Shown here piece after piece: positions 11,516 to 24,481 of a DNA stretch of 52,219 nt (positions are counted from its first letter, which is position 1; each line of letters begins with the position of its first letter). The notes under the pieces are model-generated. The model searched no databases. It was given only the letters and a program-made list of their open reading frames with translations, and was not told where the DNA came from. The translations under genes were made by a program, and so were the position numbers. The DNA is from Phoronis australis (lineage: Eukaryota; Animalia; Phoronida): NCBI GenBank assembly GCA_002633005.1, contig NMRA01001125.1:1-52219 (forward strand), given 5' to 3'.

Positions 11516-14500
11516 GACGACACGACAGAATAAACAAGCTTGCCTAATATCACGTCAGTGTTCGTGCTTTTCACATCTGCAATCACATGTAGAACACTGT
11601 GGTAAAGGCAAGGACTGATTCGGTAGAAAGTGAATTTCTCAATTTTTACAGATCTTCGCTGTGGAAAATATGTCAGTTGGTGGTTTGATATTCTTGTCAT
11701 GTAGTTCAGCTACTTGTAAAGGACTCTCCATCTAGTTTTAGCTGCCTAAACTTGCCAGTTCCCATGGTCTGAAATTTCAATAAGCCATTTGTTGGAAAAT
11801 GCCGGTTTTTTTGCTCGAAAAACTTGAGAAGTGCCTAATCAATTTCGAAAAGTAAATATTATGCATTACGGTATCAATTGCATAGGTGGGTCCCAAATTT
11901 AAAAGTGATTTGAGAACTAGCTACTCCCACTGAATGGTGCCTGTTATTCTGTGGTAGTCACTGGTTCTAAAAATTATTCTTAATCAGGGATCCACCCACT
12001 CAATTGTTACCAACATTCCAACAGTGAAGCTATCACTTCAGGGTAAAAAAATTGAATGACCGAATCTCTCTAAAGTTAACTAAGTTGTGGTCCAGATTGG
12101 CTACTTTCCTGCCTGGCCCACAGGCCCATGAATCTATAAGTTTCTCATATCAACCAATGGATAGATACCCAATAAACACATAGGTTCAACAATAAAAATC
12201 AGTATTAACAGGAATTTCTACTCAGATTATGTAACTACAACCAAATCAGAGTCGAACAAATCTTTAAATACCTATCTTCACTTGTTTGCCTCTGAGTGAT
12301 GACTTGGTTTCAAAAATCTCAAAAAGGACCAAAATTATGAGATCATTTAAAGGCTAATTTGTGATGTCACAACAGACACACTTTGCATAAATCCGAGTTT
12401 TCAACGGATACTCCCTACTCTTTTTGTTGTGCACCCTTCATCAACTCAATCAAACACATAATGTAGTGCCAGGGATACTGTGAAAAGCATTGATTATGAC
12501 CGAAGAATTAAGGGTTGTAGGCTATTACAGTGCTGTGGAATCTGCTATCAACCAAAAGTTCCTGACATTGCCACTGGTGCTACTGGTTCAAATTCAAAAT
12601 TTCACTTTAATTGCCACTACCCCACATTTGTCATGACTAGACTGTGACTAGGATATCTTAGAACATTTGATGGTGTGACTAAAAAGTGACTAATATTAGT
12701 TCGTGACTAAAATATCAGAACAAGTTACCTCAACTGAATAACAGGTGTTATTCATTGGTTCTCAATCATGGACCCATCTATGTGATTATAGTAACGGAAC
12801 CCCTTTCTGGTTCCATGTGAATCCTCAAAGAGGCAGGTCCACAGGAATTAAGATAACTTCACTTCTTGGTCTGTATTAACTTACCCACAGCACGCTCTAA
12901 CCACAAAATATTTCAAATGACATAATTCGAGTTAGGCCACAACAAGCATGAGACTGGGGAAGCATATCACCTGACAGTCACATGTAAAAAGTATTTAAGC
13001 ATGTGAAGATATCTGGACAAATTATCTTGGGAAGATTTGTGTCTCTTGTCAATTGTGCTGACTAAAAATTGTCTTTAGAGTCATGGAATGTGTTAAGTAA
13101 ATCAATGCCTTATGTATTCTTCAATTCATGTTACTCGCTGTATTTTGAAATTGGTAATTTTTAGGAGGGTATGATGTCGGTTGTGTAGGCTTGCAGCCTC
13201 CAGAGTCGTTGTAAATGCTGAAATGCTGACGGGAAATTGATTACTAGTGTTAGCCAGTTGACACGATTGTTGGTTTCATCGATTCAATGGTTTGATTCGT
13301 GGGTCGGGTGATAAGAGTAATTCCACTGCCTTCAAATCCACAGAACTGTAAGTTTCGGGCTACAGCTAGTTTGGGGAGAGGCACCTTATAGTATGAAGGT
13401 ATACTAGTCCATAAGTTTACCAGTCCGAAGGTTAACCAATAAGGCGGAACTGAGCCATTGAACTTTAAAATGCAATTTTTGAGGACATTCTACGAAATTC
13501 ACTGATGCACCCGAAAACTATTACAAGAATGCCTCAATTTTAGACTGTTGGCAAATGGCTAAATTCACTTCCTGGCATCATGATCAATAATGACTTTGTA
13601 TTCTTTCAAGCAGAAAGATTTTGGTACATTATTCTTTCAGCACACAGCAATTGCCTATGAACAGTTAGCGCAGGCTTGATGGCTTTATCGGGGTGGTTTG
13701 ATTAACAGGTCAAGTAATTACAGTTGGCATAGTTGGCAAAAGGGTGATATACTAAGAGCGACGAAACACTGCCAACTCAGGCCATGGGGCCTGTGAACTG
13801 CTAGGCAATGACCATCGCCTCTGTTGGCCCGAAACAGCCGTACAGGGCGCAAATTCGACACCAACGACACGGAGAAGTGCTTCCGCTCAGGGCAACTCCA
13901 GGGCGACGGCCCTAGTGTGGTTCGATTCACAAGGCAAGGAAACTTGTGATGGTATCCCAATACACTATGCATAATACTAAACATGTGCACTGCCGAGGGG
14001 GACGATCAGAAGCTACGCCCGGAAGCCTGTGCCTGTGGACTGTGTGAGGTTTTCGATTCCGGTATCGGGTTATCCGAGTTCAGCAAACTATGTCCCGTAA
14101 GTTGCTATACGTACCTGTTGAGCACACAGAGACATCACTTCGACGTCTTCGAATCAAGCAATAGACGCAACTTTCACATTTGCGCGAAGCACCACAGCGA
14201 CGAGCCAGGGGAACAACAACGAGTTGGTTTTTAGTGGACTCGCTATTTTCTGAGAACACGGTCTGCTCGCCCCCTGGCGAGGATGTCTTGCGCACCAAGC
14301 GGTGAACATAGTAACTACTACTCCCTGATTTGATCTGCCCTTCACGGGGGTGGCGGCTGGTGAAATAGTATTACTTGGGCGCACCCATGGGGGGGGGGTT
14401 GGGGCTCGAACAAGCCCCCCAATTTGGCGAATAGGGCAAAAAGGTCCACCGCCTCAGTGAAACAAAAAGTCCGAGTAAACGAGACAAAAGTCAACAAAGT

Positions 14501-16800
14501 CCACAGGAATTCGGCGCGGGACAGTGCAAGATTGCCAGGCCTGAACCAATAGTCGCCACGATATTTTTTGTCCTCGATGATAGTTTTCAGTAAAAGTTCC
14601 GCATATCGAAGAATTCGAGCCCCCCTATATTTTAGGCTGGGTGCGCACGTGTATTATAGTAACCCGTCTTATGTCGATTTCATGTTTTTTGTTGTGTACC
14701 TATATACCATGATGTACATGTAGTATAAAACAAAAAACACTCCCAGAATGTGAATTACATGTATACCCGCCGTTTGATCTTGATGTCTCTGCCGGTGGGC
14801 CTGATCATCGGCACTCCGACAACGCGCCGCCGGCCGGGTGTCTGTGTACGTTAGCATGCACTTCTGATCAAGCATATTGACTGGGTCTTGGAATCACCCG
14901 AGTGGAGTGTACTGCCTACCGTAATCACTCCACAAGGGTTTGCTCTGGAGTATATTGTATCATCTAATCTTACTATTAATTAAGGGACGCGTGAAGATAC
15001 AATTCAACCCGTTCGCCCCCAGAAAAATGGACCCGGCCATGGGCCGCTCAGTTCTACCCGGGCATTGTGCTACAAACTGAAAAAAATTACCGTGACACCG
15101 GAGTTATCAAAAACTTATTCTGACTATTCTCAAAACTTTATTTAACCAGGGACCAGAATTGCACTGGATTGTTTCTCCAAAATATTTTCTAACAACTTCG
15201 ATTGGTGCAAAATTGTTTCGCATATTCTGTGTAGGCTATCATGCCATTTTCCCAGGGAAGGAATCTCTTCGAAAAACACCCAAAGAGTGATTTTTAGCTT
15301 TTTTAGTTATTTTGAAATTTGCAATTATTTGCCCCACCGAAGGTTTTTACCTCTTCCGTGTAGCATAAGCGCGTTTCTTTTTAAACATAGCAGTTTGTTT
15401 ACACAGATTTGTGACATAATCTGTTCGCACTGCACGAGCAACTATTTGATCTAGACTTTCTGATAAGCACTTAGCGAACACTTACTGTAGTTCTGTTACT
15501 CGTCAAGTATCCCAATGTAGGTAAATGTGTACGATTGCGATGTTGATTTGCTAACGCTACAACTACTGTCATACACACAATTACATGTACTTGCAACGTT
15601 ACAAACGACAGTCACAAATCCCATCGGCCTCTTCTAGACCGCCCCTTTATGAAATATTGTGGCGTTTGCACCAAGTTCAAAAGTGTTTGTGTGTACACCG
15701 GCGCTGCCATGGGTGCATGTATGTCCGGTTCCGAAAATGCACTCGAAGAGGTCATGTTCCGCGCCCTTGGAGACCTTCTACAAGAGGGTAAAATAGCTGG
15801 CTGACGATTTGCATTACGGCGCAGATACACAAAATGCGTTTTTTGCAATATGGACCCGGGTACTCCAGGCTCTAGGAAGAAATCTTTATCTCATGCCGAC
15901 CAAGACCGTTATCTCCTCGACGTCTACCACTGTTTCACGGTGGATTTGGTTGGATGGTCATATATCTGCTAGTCGTCATTGAATAGCCAGTCTCATGTCC
16001 TGCTCTAGACTCGAGGCTTACATACGTTCCTTTATTGACGCCTATAAGGCTCTTGCGCAAGTCCTCCCTCGTTGCTCTCAAGTCCTTTCACCATTAGACG
16101 AGTCGATTGCAGGCTTCACATACCAAGACAAGGTACCTCAATGAGTGGCCATCATTGCAGCACCTTCGCTCAAGCCCAACAATTACTCAAGTCCCACAAG
16201 CGTATTTACTTCGACCCTCCGACCATTTAGAATCGTCTCGGACGGCTCTGTTGGTACATGTATGCATGGACTTAGTGCAACACTGTATGTTACACGTGGC
16301 CAATTGCCGGGTTTTACAGTGACAAACTTCGCAAGCCTCAAATCACTTGACTGAAGCCCTATCTATAGCTGCCTCCGTCTAACAATTCAGCCCATTTGTT
16401 ACTTAGTCGCACCAAGATCGCACTTGACTTCTCAGAGACAGCAAGCCATGCGTCTAAGCTTGGCCATAGGAAAGCTTTGCCGAGGGGAGTTCTCATCTAG
16501 CCCTCGTGTGATATTTTTATCTACTGTTAGCCGCTACGTGGTTCACTTATCACTTCTGGTTGATGTAGCTAATATTACATCTGACTTCGCAAGTCGCAAC
16601 TCCTCCTGACCGCAGTGATCCACGTTGTCAGGTGTGCTTATTTACATGTACCATTTGCCCCAGAAGATTCTGTCGTTAAAGGTGCATGTACATGTACCTC
16701 TGTTGACAATTACATCCTAATAGGTTCCTTGTCTACTGTTTACAACTGGCTCTGCCAGGAGCTACCCAAATAGAATGCTCTGACATTAGACACGTACATG

Positions 16801-17175
16801 TATGGGCGGCCGTTTATGCAAAAAACATTAAAATGTATATTCAATTCCATTTAATGAACTCAATGCCAACTGTATGACAATTCAATCCTATCTTGTGTAT
16901 TCAATGCTATTACATCAATCCAATCCACATTCGTCGATTCTATGTCGTGAACTCAATGCTGTTTTGTATATTCTATCCTGTTTACTGAATTCAATGTTGT
17001 TTAGTCGATTCTGTTTCGTCTNATTCTATACCGTGAACTCAATGCTGTTTTGTATATTCTATCCTGTTTACTGAATTCAATGTTGTTTAGTCGATTCTCT
17101 TTCGTCTATCCTATCGTCTCCCACTTCATGAATTCAATCCAGTCTCGTCGATTCTGTTTCGTCAATCCTGGCGGC
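16801..17175 (+). repeat. Left terminal inverted repeat
   Basis: Reverse complement of 47492-47772. Contains an ~85-bp duplication across the N at 17022. The ORF track shows near-identical MTIQSYLVYS ORFs on opposite strands. Confidence 0.93.
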
Positions 17176-17295
17176 CTAAGACACAACTAATATATGGCAT
17201 ATGCGCATGCGCCTTTGTGCTCCTTGGCGATAACCATTGAGCTATATATATATCAGTGCTATATTTATCTCATTGGCGAAAATTTCAAGCTGGAG

Positions 17296-20200
17296 ATGTC
17301 GACGACAAGACTGTTTACTCTTGAAATAGAAACTTTGAGAACACATCTTCAAGAAACACTACAATTCGATGACGGGTTCCTATATAGGTTGGAGCATTTG
17401 CTTAGGAGAATTTTGGATGTTCCAGGACTAGAAGATGCGGCTTTGCCTTTGTCACGAGCAGCCGATATTTTTAGGAATGCAAGTGCCCTTAGTGACCATG
17501 TTCATGGTGATGCACGTAATCAACCCGATATTTTACAAAATGGANATGTTGGATGTTCCAGGACTAGAAGATGCGGCTTTGCCTTTGTCACGAGCAGCCG
17601 ATCTTTTTAGGAATGCAAGTGTCCTTAGTGACCATGTTCATGGTCATGCACGTAATCAACCCGATATTTTACAAAATGGAAAACAAGGAAGACCAAAGTT
17701 TAACATCGATTATAGACAGCTGAGATTCTTTGTAGGTAAGTTTGGTACAAACATGTTTGAGATTTAATTTCGCACAAATACTTGTACAGTACATTCGGCA
17801 AGCCAGTTCGGGACCACCTCGCACGCAAATTACTAAATTAAATTTTAAAGAATTAATTAACTAATATTACAGCCATCGACTTGTGTTTATTTTGTTATCT
17901 TGGATCGCCAAGCTTTAGATCAACTGCTTTGTGCCTTTAAACCACTAAAAGAATTTGATGGACTTTTTAAGACCCACCTAAGAAAAACCACGACGGTTAA
18001 GAAAAATGAACTTTCAATCAAAACTAAAAGATTGCGCTGCGAATCAAGAACCACAACTTCAAAAAGGAGATCTACTTAAAATAATTTTCGTACACGTACG
18101 TTGACAAACATCGTGGGTATCCCGGGGGTGTGCAGTCCGAAAATCANTAGACCAACTGCTTTGTGCCTTTAAACCACTGAAAGAATTTGATGGACTTTTT
18201 AAGACCCACCTAAGAAAAACCACAACGGTTAAGAAAAATGAACTTTCAATCAAAACTAAAAGATTGCGCTGCGAATCAAGAACCACAACTTCAAAAAGAA
18301 GCTCGACTTAAAATAAATTTCGTACACGTACATGTACGTTGACAAACATCGTGGGTATCCCGGGGGTGTGCAGTCCGAAAATCAAGATAAGCTTACTTGC
18401 TCACCCTTCCGGAAGGTTTGGCCAGTAGAAAGATACCTTTCATGAGGAAATACAATAAAAAGCCAACCTTCCGGGCCACCCCACTCCACTTAATGAGGAC
18501 GTCACAATTACTTTCTTGAGTCGCCGCGCGCCAACTCTGAAGGCCTCTCCGCTAACCGACAACGCAATCGACATGATAAGTGGGTTGTCTGTACGAACGT
18601 CCAAATTTCTGCCTTGTGAAAATTTTAACGCCTACGGGCGTATACATGGCACAATAGGCGACGAGCCTTTTGCAGTCCAATGCGAGAGCGTTCACATAGG
18701 CCTACCCGGAATCGCTTGTGGGTATTCATCGATTTCCCCCTTTTGACACGAACGTTCACTCGTAAGCTTACTCCCCCGCTTAGTCGTGGTTTTGCGCAAC
18801 CATCCTAGTAGTAATGGTCAAGTATGGTTACCACTTACTTGTAATTATAATCAATGTCCGTTAACACACGACCTTATTTGTTAGCTGATATTGGTTATAC
18901 AGTAGTGACATGGCTCTTTTCACAAATAGGCTCAATGGCATTTAAAAATTTGGAAAACAATCTACATAACAGATTATTACTATTTGATCCCAATTTTGAT
19001 TTTCTCTTTCTTTTCAGAGAATGGGTTTACAGTAAAAGAAATATCTAATTTCTATAATGTCAGTCCTCGTACCATCAATTACCGCTTACACGAATTTGGA
19101 TTTTCCGTTCATTCCAAATTTACAGACATCAGTGACGAGCTTTTGGACAGTAAAGTTTTATATTATCTTCAATCTTTTCCTAATGCTGGTAAGTTTGAGA
19201 ATTATCTTACTCTGAATAAACTTGCAGTTCCAACTGCTGCTCGGATAAGTTCATGTTGAGATGTTTCGGAGATATAGCCTTCAAACTTTGGAACGTTTTT
19301 TTTTTTNNNNNNNNNNNNNNNNNNNNNNNNNNNNNNNNNNNNNNNNNNNNNNNNNNNNNNNNNNNNNNNNNNNNNNNNNNNNNNNNNNNNNNNNNNNNNN
19401 NNNNNNNNNNNNNNNNNNNNNNNNNNNNNNNNNNNNNNNNNNNNNNNNNNNNNNNNNNNNNNNNNNNNNNNNNNNNNNNNNNNNNNNNNNNNNNNNNNNN
19501 NNNNNNNNNNNNNNNNNNNNNNNNNNNNNNNNNNNNNNNNNNNNNNNNNNNNNNNNNNNNNNNNNNNNNNNNNNNNNNNNNNNNNNNNNNNNNNNNNNNN
19601 NNNNNNNNNNNNNNNNNNNNNNNNNNNNNNNNNNNNNNNNNNNNNNNNNNNNNNNNNNNNNNNNNNNNNNNNNNNNNNNNNNNNNNNNNNNNNNNNNNNN
19701 NNNNNNNNNNNNNNNNNNNNNNNNNNNNNNNNNNNNNNNNNNNNNNNNNNNNNNNNNNNNNNNNNNNNNNNNNNNNNNNNNNNAGAATAGAGAGGTTATG
19801 GAGAGATGTGTATGAAGCGGTTTTATGTGAATTTAAAGACATTTTTCATTATCTTGAACAGTCTGGCGATTTACAACCGGACAATGAAATGGCATTAGCC
19901 GCCCTTCATTTTGTTTTTGTGCCACGAATCAACAAGAAGTTGGATCTGTTTGTGAATATGTGGAACAATCACAAAATAAGAACAGCACAAAACAAGACCC
20001 CTTTGCAGCTGTTTCTACGGGGGATGACTGGCGGTGCACCTGAAGCGGTTCAACAAGAATACTTTTCAGGAAGGGTAGGCTCCCTCCTTATATTAAGTAG
20101 ATGGCTGCCCATTCTTGATCTAGCAATCCCCTCTGGTCACAGGGGGCGGATTAGAGGGAACTGATGCATGTGTAAATTATGTTTATCTCATACTTCTCTC

Positions 20201-20495
20201 GTAAACTAGAAGCAATAGCAGGTTCATTTACTTTTTTGAGTATCAATGGATTCTTTGCAATTTTTATTTAAATAATAGTATACATGCATATTTGTAGGTA
20301 ACACCCTTTGGCTTTGACCCAGATGGCCCATTTCCTGCAGATGATGATGAAGGTGTGTTTGTACCAGAGGTAGATATCACAGCTCAACCCATTCTGGAAG
20401 ACTTGACCTTGCCTAATGAAGACGAAGACAGATGGGGCATCGAGTCCTATAAACACGTTATGCAAAGTATTTCTGAAAGAACTGGCTCTGAATGA
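17296..20495 (+). CDS. IS3-like / integrase-core-domain DDE transposase (spliced; central part in the N-gap)
   Basis: Exon 17296-17735 (..QGRPKFNIDYRQLRFFV; 17546-17680 duplicates the sequence before the N at 17545). Exon 19018-19188 (ENGFTVKEISNFYNVSPRTINYRL..ISDELLD..PNAG, HTH-like). Gap. Exon part 19784-20074 (RIERLWRDV..LHFVFVPRI..WNNHKIRT..TPLQL). Exon 20298-20495 (FGFDPDGP..WGIESY..*). Visible phases are compatible; the first catalytic Asp residues are not visible. Confidence 0.88.
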
Positions 20496-21072
20496 AGTCC
20501 TCTGGTTAAAGAGTGTAAACTATTAAAAGAGCAACTTAAATCTACACCACTCAACAAAGACGTTGCATATTTTTATGAGTTNAATAGTATACATGCATAT
20601 TTGTAGGTAACACCCTTTGGCTTTGACCCAGATGGCCCATTTCCTGCAGATGATGATGGTGTGTTTGTACCAGAGGTAGATATCACAGCTCACCCCATTC
20701 TGGAAGACTTGACCTTGCCCAATGAAGACGAAGACAGATGGGGCATCGAGTCCTATAAACACGTTATCCAAAGTATTTCTGAAAGAACTGGCTCTGAATG
20801 AAGTCCTCTGATTAAAGAGTGTAAACTATTAAAAGAGCAACTTAAATCTACACCACTCAACAAAGACGTTGCATATTTTTATGAGTTTCTATATTTCGAG
20901 GGCCGTAAGTCAGAATTGGCTGCTTTTTGTCGAAGTACATTTTAATTTGTATGAAAAGTTACCCAAAATAAAGTCTTTGTTTAGATGGACGGATTTAGTA
21001 TTTACTTTTTTCCAATGGTTGACAATCGTATTAATTAACAATGCAAGCGGGTATGTTGCCGTGTGGCGCGTC

Positions 21073-21219
21073 CATGGGCGGATCCAGGATTTTGAGTTAG
21101 GGGGGGCCAGGGCAGAGTATTAGCCAGGATTTTGCCTCTCAGACACTGGCACTCCTGAACTACCCAATGGAATCTTGGAGAATTTTAGGGGGGCATGGCC
21201 CCCTCTAAATCCGCCGTTG
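21073..21219. mobile_element. Short MITE (CATGGGCGGATCCAGG...TAAATCCGCCGTTG); second copy ~36594-36740
   Basis: Imperfect inverted ends GGCGGAT/ATCCGCC with G-rich and C-rich subterminal arms. The same family appears at ~5922-6030. Confidence 0.6.
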
Positions 21220-24200
21220 CCGTCAAAGCATACGGGGCACGAGCTGATCGCTAGTGTTTCAAAATACCGCTATTTTCATTTTGCCGGTATTTTACAAACT
21301 AATGGACGTACAGGTGTGAAATTTTCAAGGTGTTTTTGAAAAAGAATGCGTTTCCATAAAATATTAAAATCACAAAATATTGGAATATTTTGACTTATTA
21401 GTCTGAACCACGACTACGCTTTTTGGACACCTGTTCACGTATCGGTGGCGTTAAAAATGGCGAATAAGATTACGTAGTCGTTAGAATGGTGTTTCTCAAA
21501 AACCACACCACGGATTAAGCATTGAAAACTTCATAAAAAACCACGTTGAAGTCCTGTTCTCACACTCTCACACGTTGTTAACCCTTATCACATGGTTAGA
21601 GGATGTTATAAGGATCCAAGAAGTACCTACCCCATAACTAATACACGACCCGTACTAGAAAAAAATTAAATGAACGCGCCACTCACGATTCGCACCCGAA
21701 GAACCACCGCCATTTTGAACTTGCCGCGAACCTGGAAGTACAATTCATTCAGGAACCCAGACTAAGAAAACGCTGACAGTGTGAATGGACGAGTGCCTGT
21801 TACCAGCCTGAAAACGAGGATAAAATAATGGACAGCGCGCCTTAATTTTAATAAAATCAAAATACGGACAATTTTGTAGAATTTGCTGAAGAAATGTGGC
21901 GAATATATTTTGACAGAAATTATTTTTGCCGGACNTGTGAATGGACGAGTGCCTGTTACCAGCCTGAAAACGAGGATAAAATAATGGACAGCGCGCCTTA
22001 ATTTTAATAAAATCAAAATACGGACAATTTTGTAGAATTTGCTGAAGAAATGTTGCGAATATATTTTGACAGAAATTATTTTTGCCGGACTCGGGACCGT
22101 AGCCGGTGCGGATCGAGATAAGACACTGGCGAACGGTAAAGGCATGCGGTTGCAAGCTGTTTTGTCGAAGTGAAATGTTCAAATCATAAATGCCGTATAT
22201 ATTCAGTTTCAGACACTTGCATAAAATTACGGGCTGGTTAATCCTGTGTCACATTGCCGCGGCAGCCCTTAGCTGGCCTCAGTGCCAGCTACCAGTATGA
22301 AGACTACCGTCAAAATACAGCTAGCTTGTTAGTAGGCCCATACAGCTTTAGGCCTAGGCTACCCTCCTTTTTCGCTGGCCACAGCGCTCGCTCAAACGAG
22401 GATTATTTATAACTTGGGTACTGTTGGCTTTCAACAGAGATTCCCAGACTTCGTATGAGCGCACCAAGCTTAAAAAATGGGGGGCTGGAATTTTTGGGAA
22501 TGTCTATCTTTGACTATAAGATTCAAGAGGTATGTTTCGGAGTTCGTGCTTCTCTGACTGAGGCAGACCTTTTTCCATTTCTCCAAATAGGGGGCTCGTT
22601 CAAGCATATAAGTATGACAAGTCCAATACTAAATGTTATCATTTTTTATTCATTAAGCCAAAATGATTCAACCTTTTAACATAATAAGTTACTTAAAATG
22701 CGCAATACTTTACAACATTTAGCATTACAAACACTATTCAACAGCAAAAGTCTCCACGATATGAAAGTGGACATACATGTAACTATTACCATGGTGATCG
22801 AATAGTGTTTCCTTACACCAGAATTTGACCAGCATGATTAAAAAATATGAAGTTGCAAGGAACAAGAATTGGAGNNNNNNNNNNNNNNNNNNNNNNNNNN
22901 NNNNNNNNNNNNNNNNNNNNNNNNNNNNNNNNNNNNNNNNNNNNNNNNNNNNNNNNNNNNNNNNNNNNNNNNNNNNNNNNNNNNNNNNNNNNNNNNNNNN
23001 NNNNNNNNNNNNNNNNNNNNNNNNNNNNNNNNNNNNNNNNNNNNNNNNNNNNNNNNNNNNNNNNNNNNNNNNNNNNNNNNNNNNNNNNNNNNNNNNNNNN
23101 NNNNNNNNNNNNNNNNNNNNNNNNNNNNNNNNNNNNNNNNNNNNNNNNNNNNNNNNNNNNNNNNNNNNNNNNNNNNNNNNNNNNNNNNNNNNNNNNNNNN
23201 NNNNNNNNNNNNNNNNNNNNNNNNNNNNNNNNNNNNNNNNNNNNNNNNNNNNNNNNNNNNNNNNNNNNNNNNNNNNNNNNNNNNNNNNNNNNNNNNNNNN
23301 NNNNNNNNNNNNNNNNNNNNNNNNNNNNNNNNNNNNNNNNNNNNNNNNNNNNNNNNNNNNNNNNNNNNNNNNNNNNNNNNNNNNNNNNNNNNNNNNNNNN
23401 NNNNNNNNNNNNNNNNNNNNNNNNNNNNNNNNNNNNNNNNNNNNNNNNNNNNNNNNNNNNNNNNNNNNNNNNNNNNNNNNNNNNNNNNNNNNNNNNNNNN
23501 NNNNNNNNNNNNNNNNNNNNNNNNNNNNNNNNNNNNNNNNNNNNNNNNNNNNNNNNNNNNNNNNNNNNNNNNNNNNNNNNNNNNNNNNNNNNNNNNNNNN
23601 NNNNNNNNNNNNNNNNNNNNNNNNNNNNNNNNNNNNNNNNNNNNNNNNNNNNNNNNNNNNNNGTAGGCGAAAACAATTTACACAAAGTTTTAAACTTGTA
23701 ACTTATACCGCTGTCCTCCAATATGGCCGACGCGATCCACACAAAGTGACCCAAATTTCGCCACAAAAATTCTACTAACTCTACAGTGCTTTCCCCGATT
23801 TTGATACTTTTTCGATTTTTACTGAGTGGAATGCATTAACTTTCCGATGATAGCAAAGAACTTTTTCAAAACGAGAAAAAAATCAAAACGGAAAAAATGG
23901 TTCGACTGGTATTGATAGGTTCGGCCGTCCTACGTAAGGAATTAAACACCAATGCTATTTTAACATAATAAGTACGCGTAACATTCCAAAAAAAATTCAA
24001 CGACCATTAATTACAAACTATAAATACACTACACACACAAACGAATTACGAGATATTACAAATAAATAAATTTTATGCAGTAAGTATTTTCGGATACTGG
24101 AACCACATGGGCAGTTTGAGACCAGGACTTTCAAGTACCTATCCTAAAGACTGTCTAAATCTATGTTTTTATCGTCAAGCAACCCAAAATAAGTTAACGC

Positions 24201-24374
24201 CGAAATGGAAACCCTGCAGCGCGCAGTTGGTAACGATGTCGGTGCCCATGAGACCCGACCTAAACGCTATTCTTTCAAAATACCATTATATTTGTTTNAT
24301 GGATTTTAATAATACATTAAATTCGTTATGAAATATTGGTTAAATTTTAATGTATTTGTCGGAACGATGGATCC

Positions 24375-24395
24375 GCTTTTTTGAGACACCCTGTA
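24375..24395 (-). mobile_element. Tc1/mariner-type terminus (CAGGGTGTCTCAAAAAAG) followed by TA; other end probably in gap 22875-23662
   Basis: Sequence ...CTTTTTTGAGACACCCTG|TA. Only one end is visible. Confidence 0.45.
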
Positions 24396-24481
24396 AGTGA
24401 AAAAGTTCAGATAGCGCTACAATAATCATACCTAACAAACCAAAATAAACAGAGGACAGACGATTTGCTTTCATTTCTTTA

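Noticed and set aside
15880-16620. Possible decayed LINE coding remnant
   Set aside because: The composition is suggestive, but I found no recognisable RT or endonuclease motif.
16937-22090. Local tandem duplications at single Ns (17022, 17545, 18147, 20582, 21935), including an apparent frameshift in transposase exon 1
   Set aside because: Each duplication is centred exactly on a lone N with a few SNPs, typical of unmerged overlapping contig ends in a heterozygous assembly. Not treated as biological.
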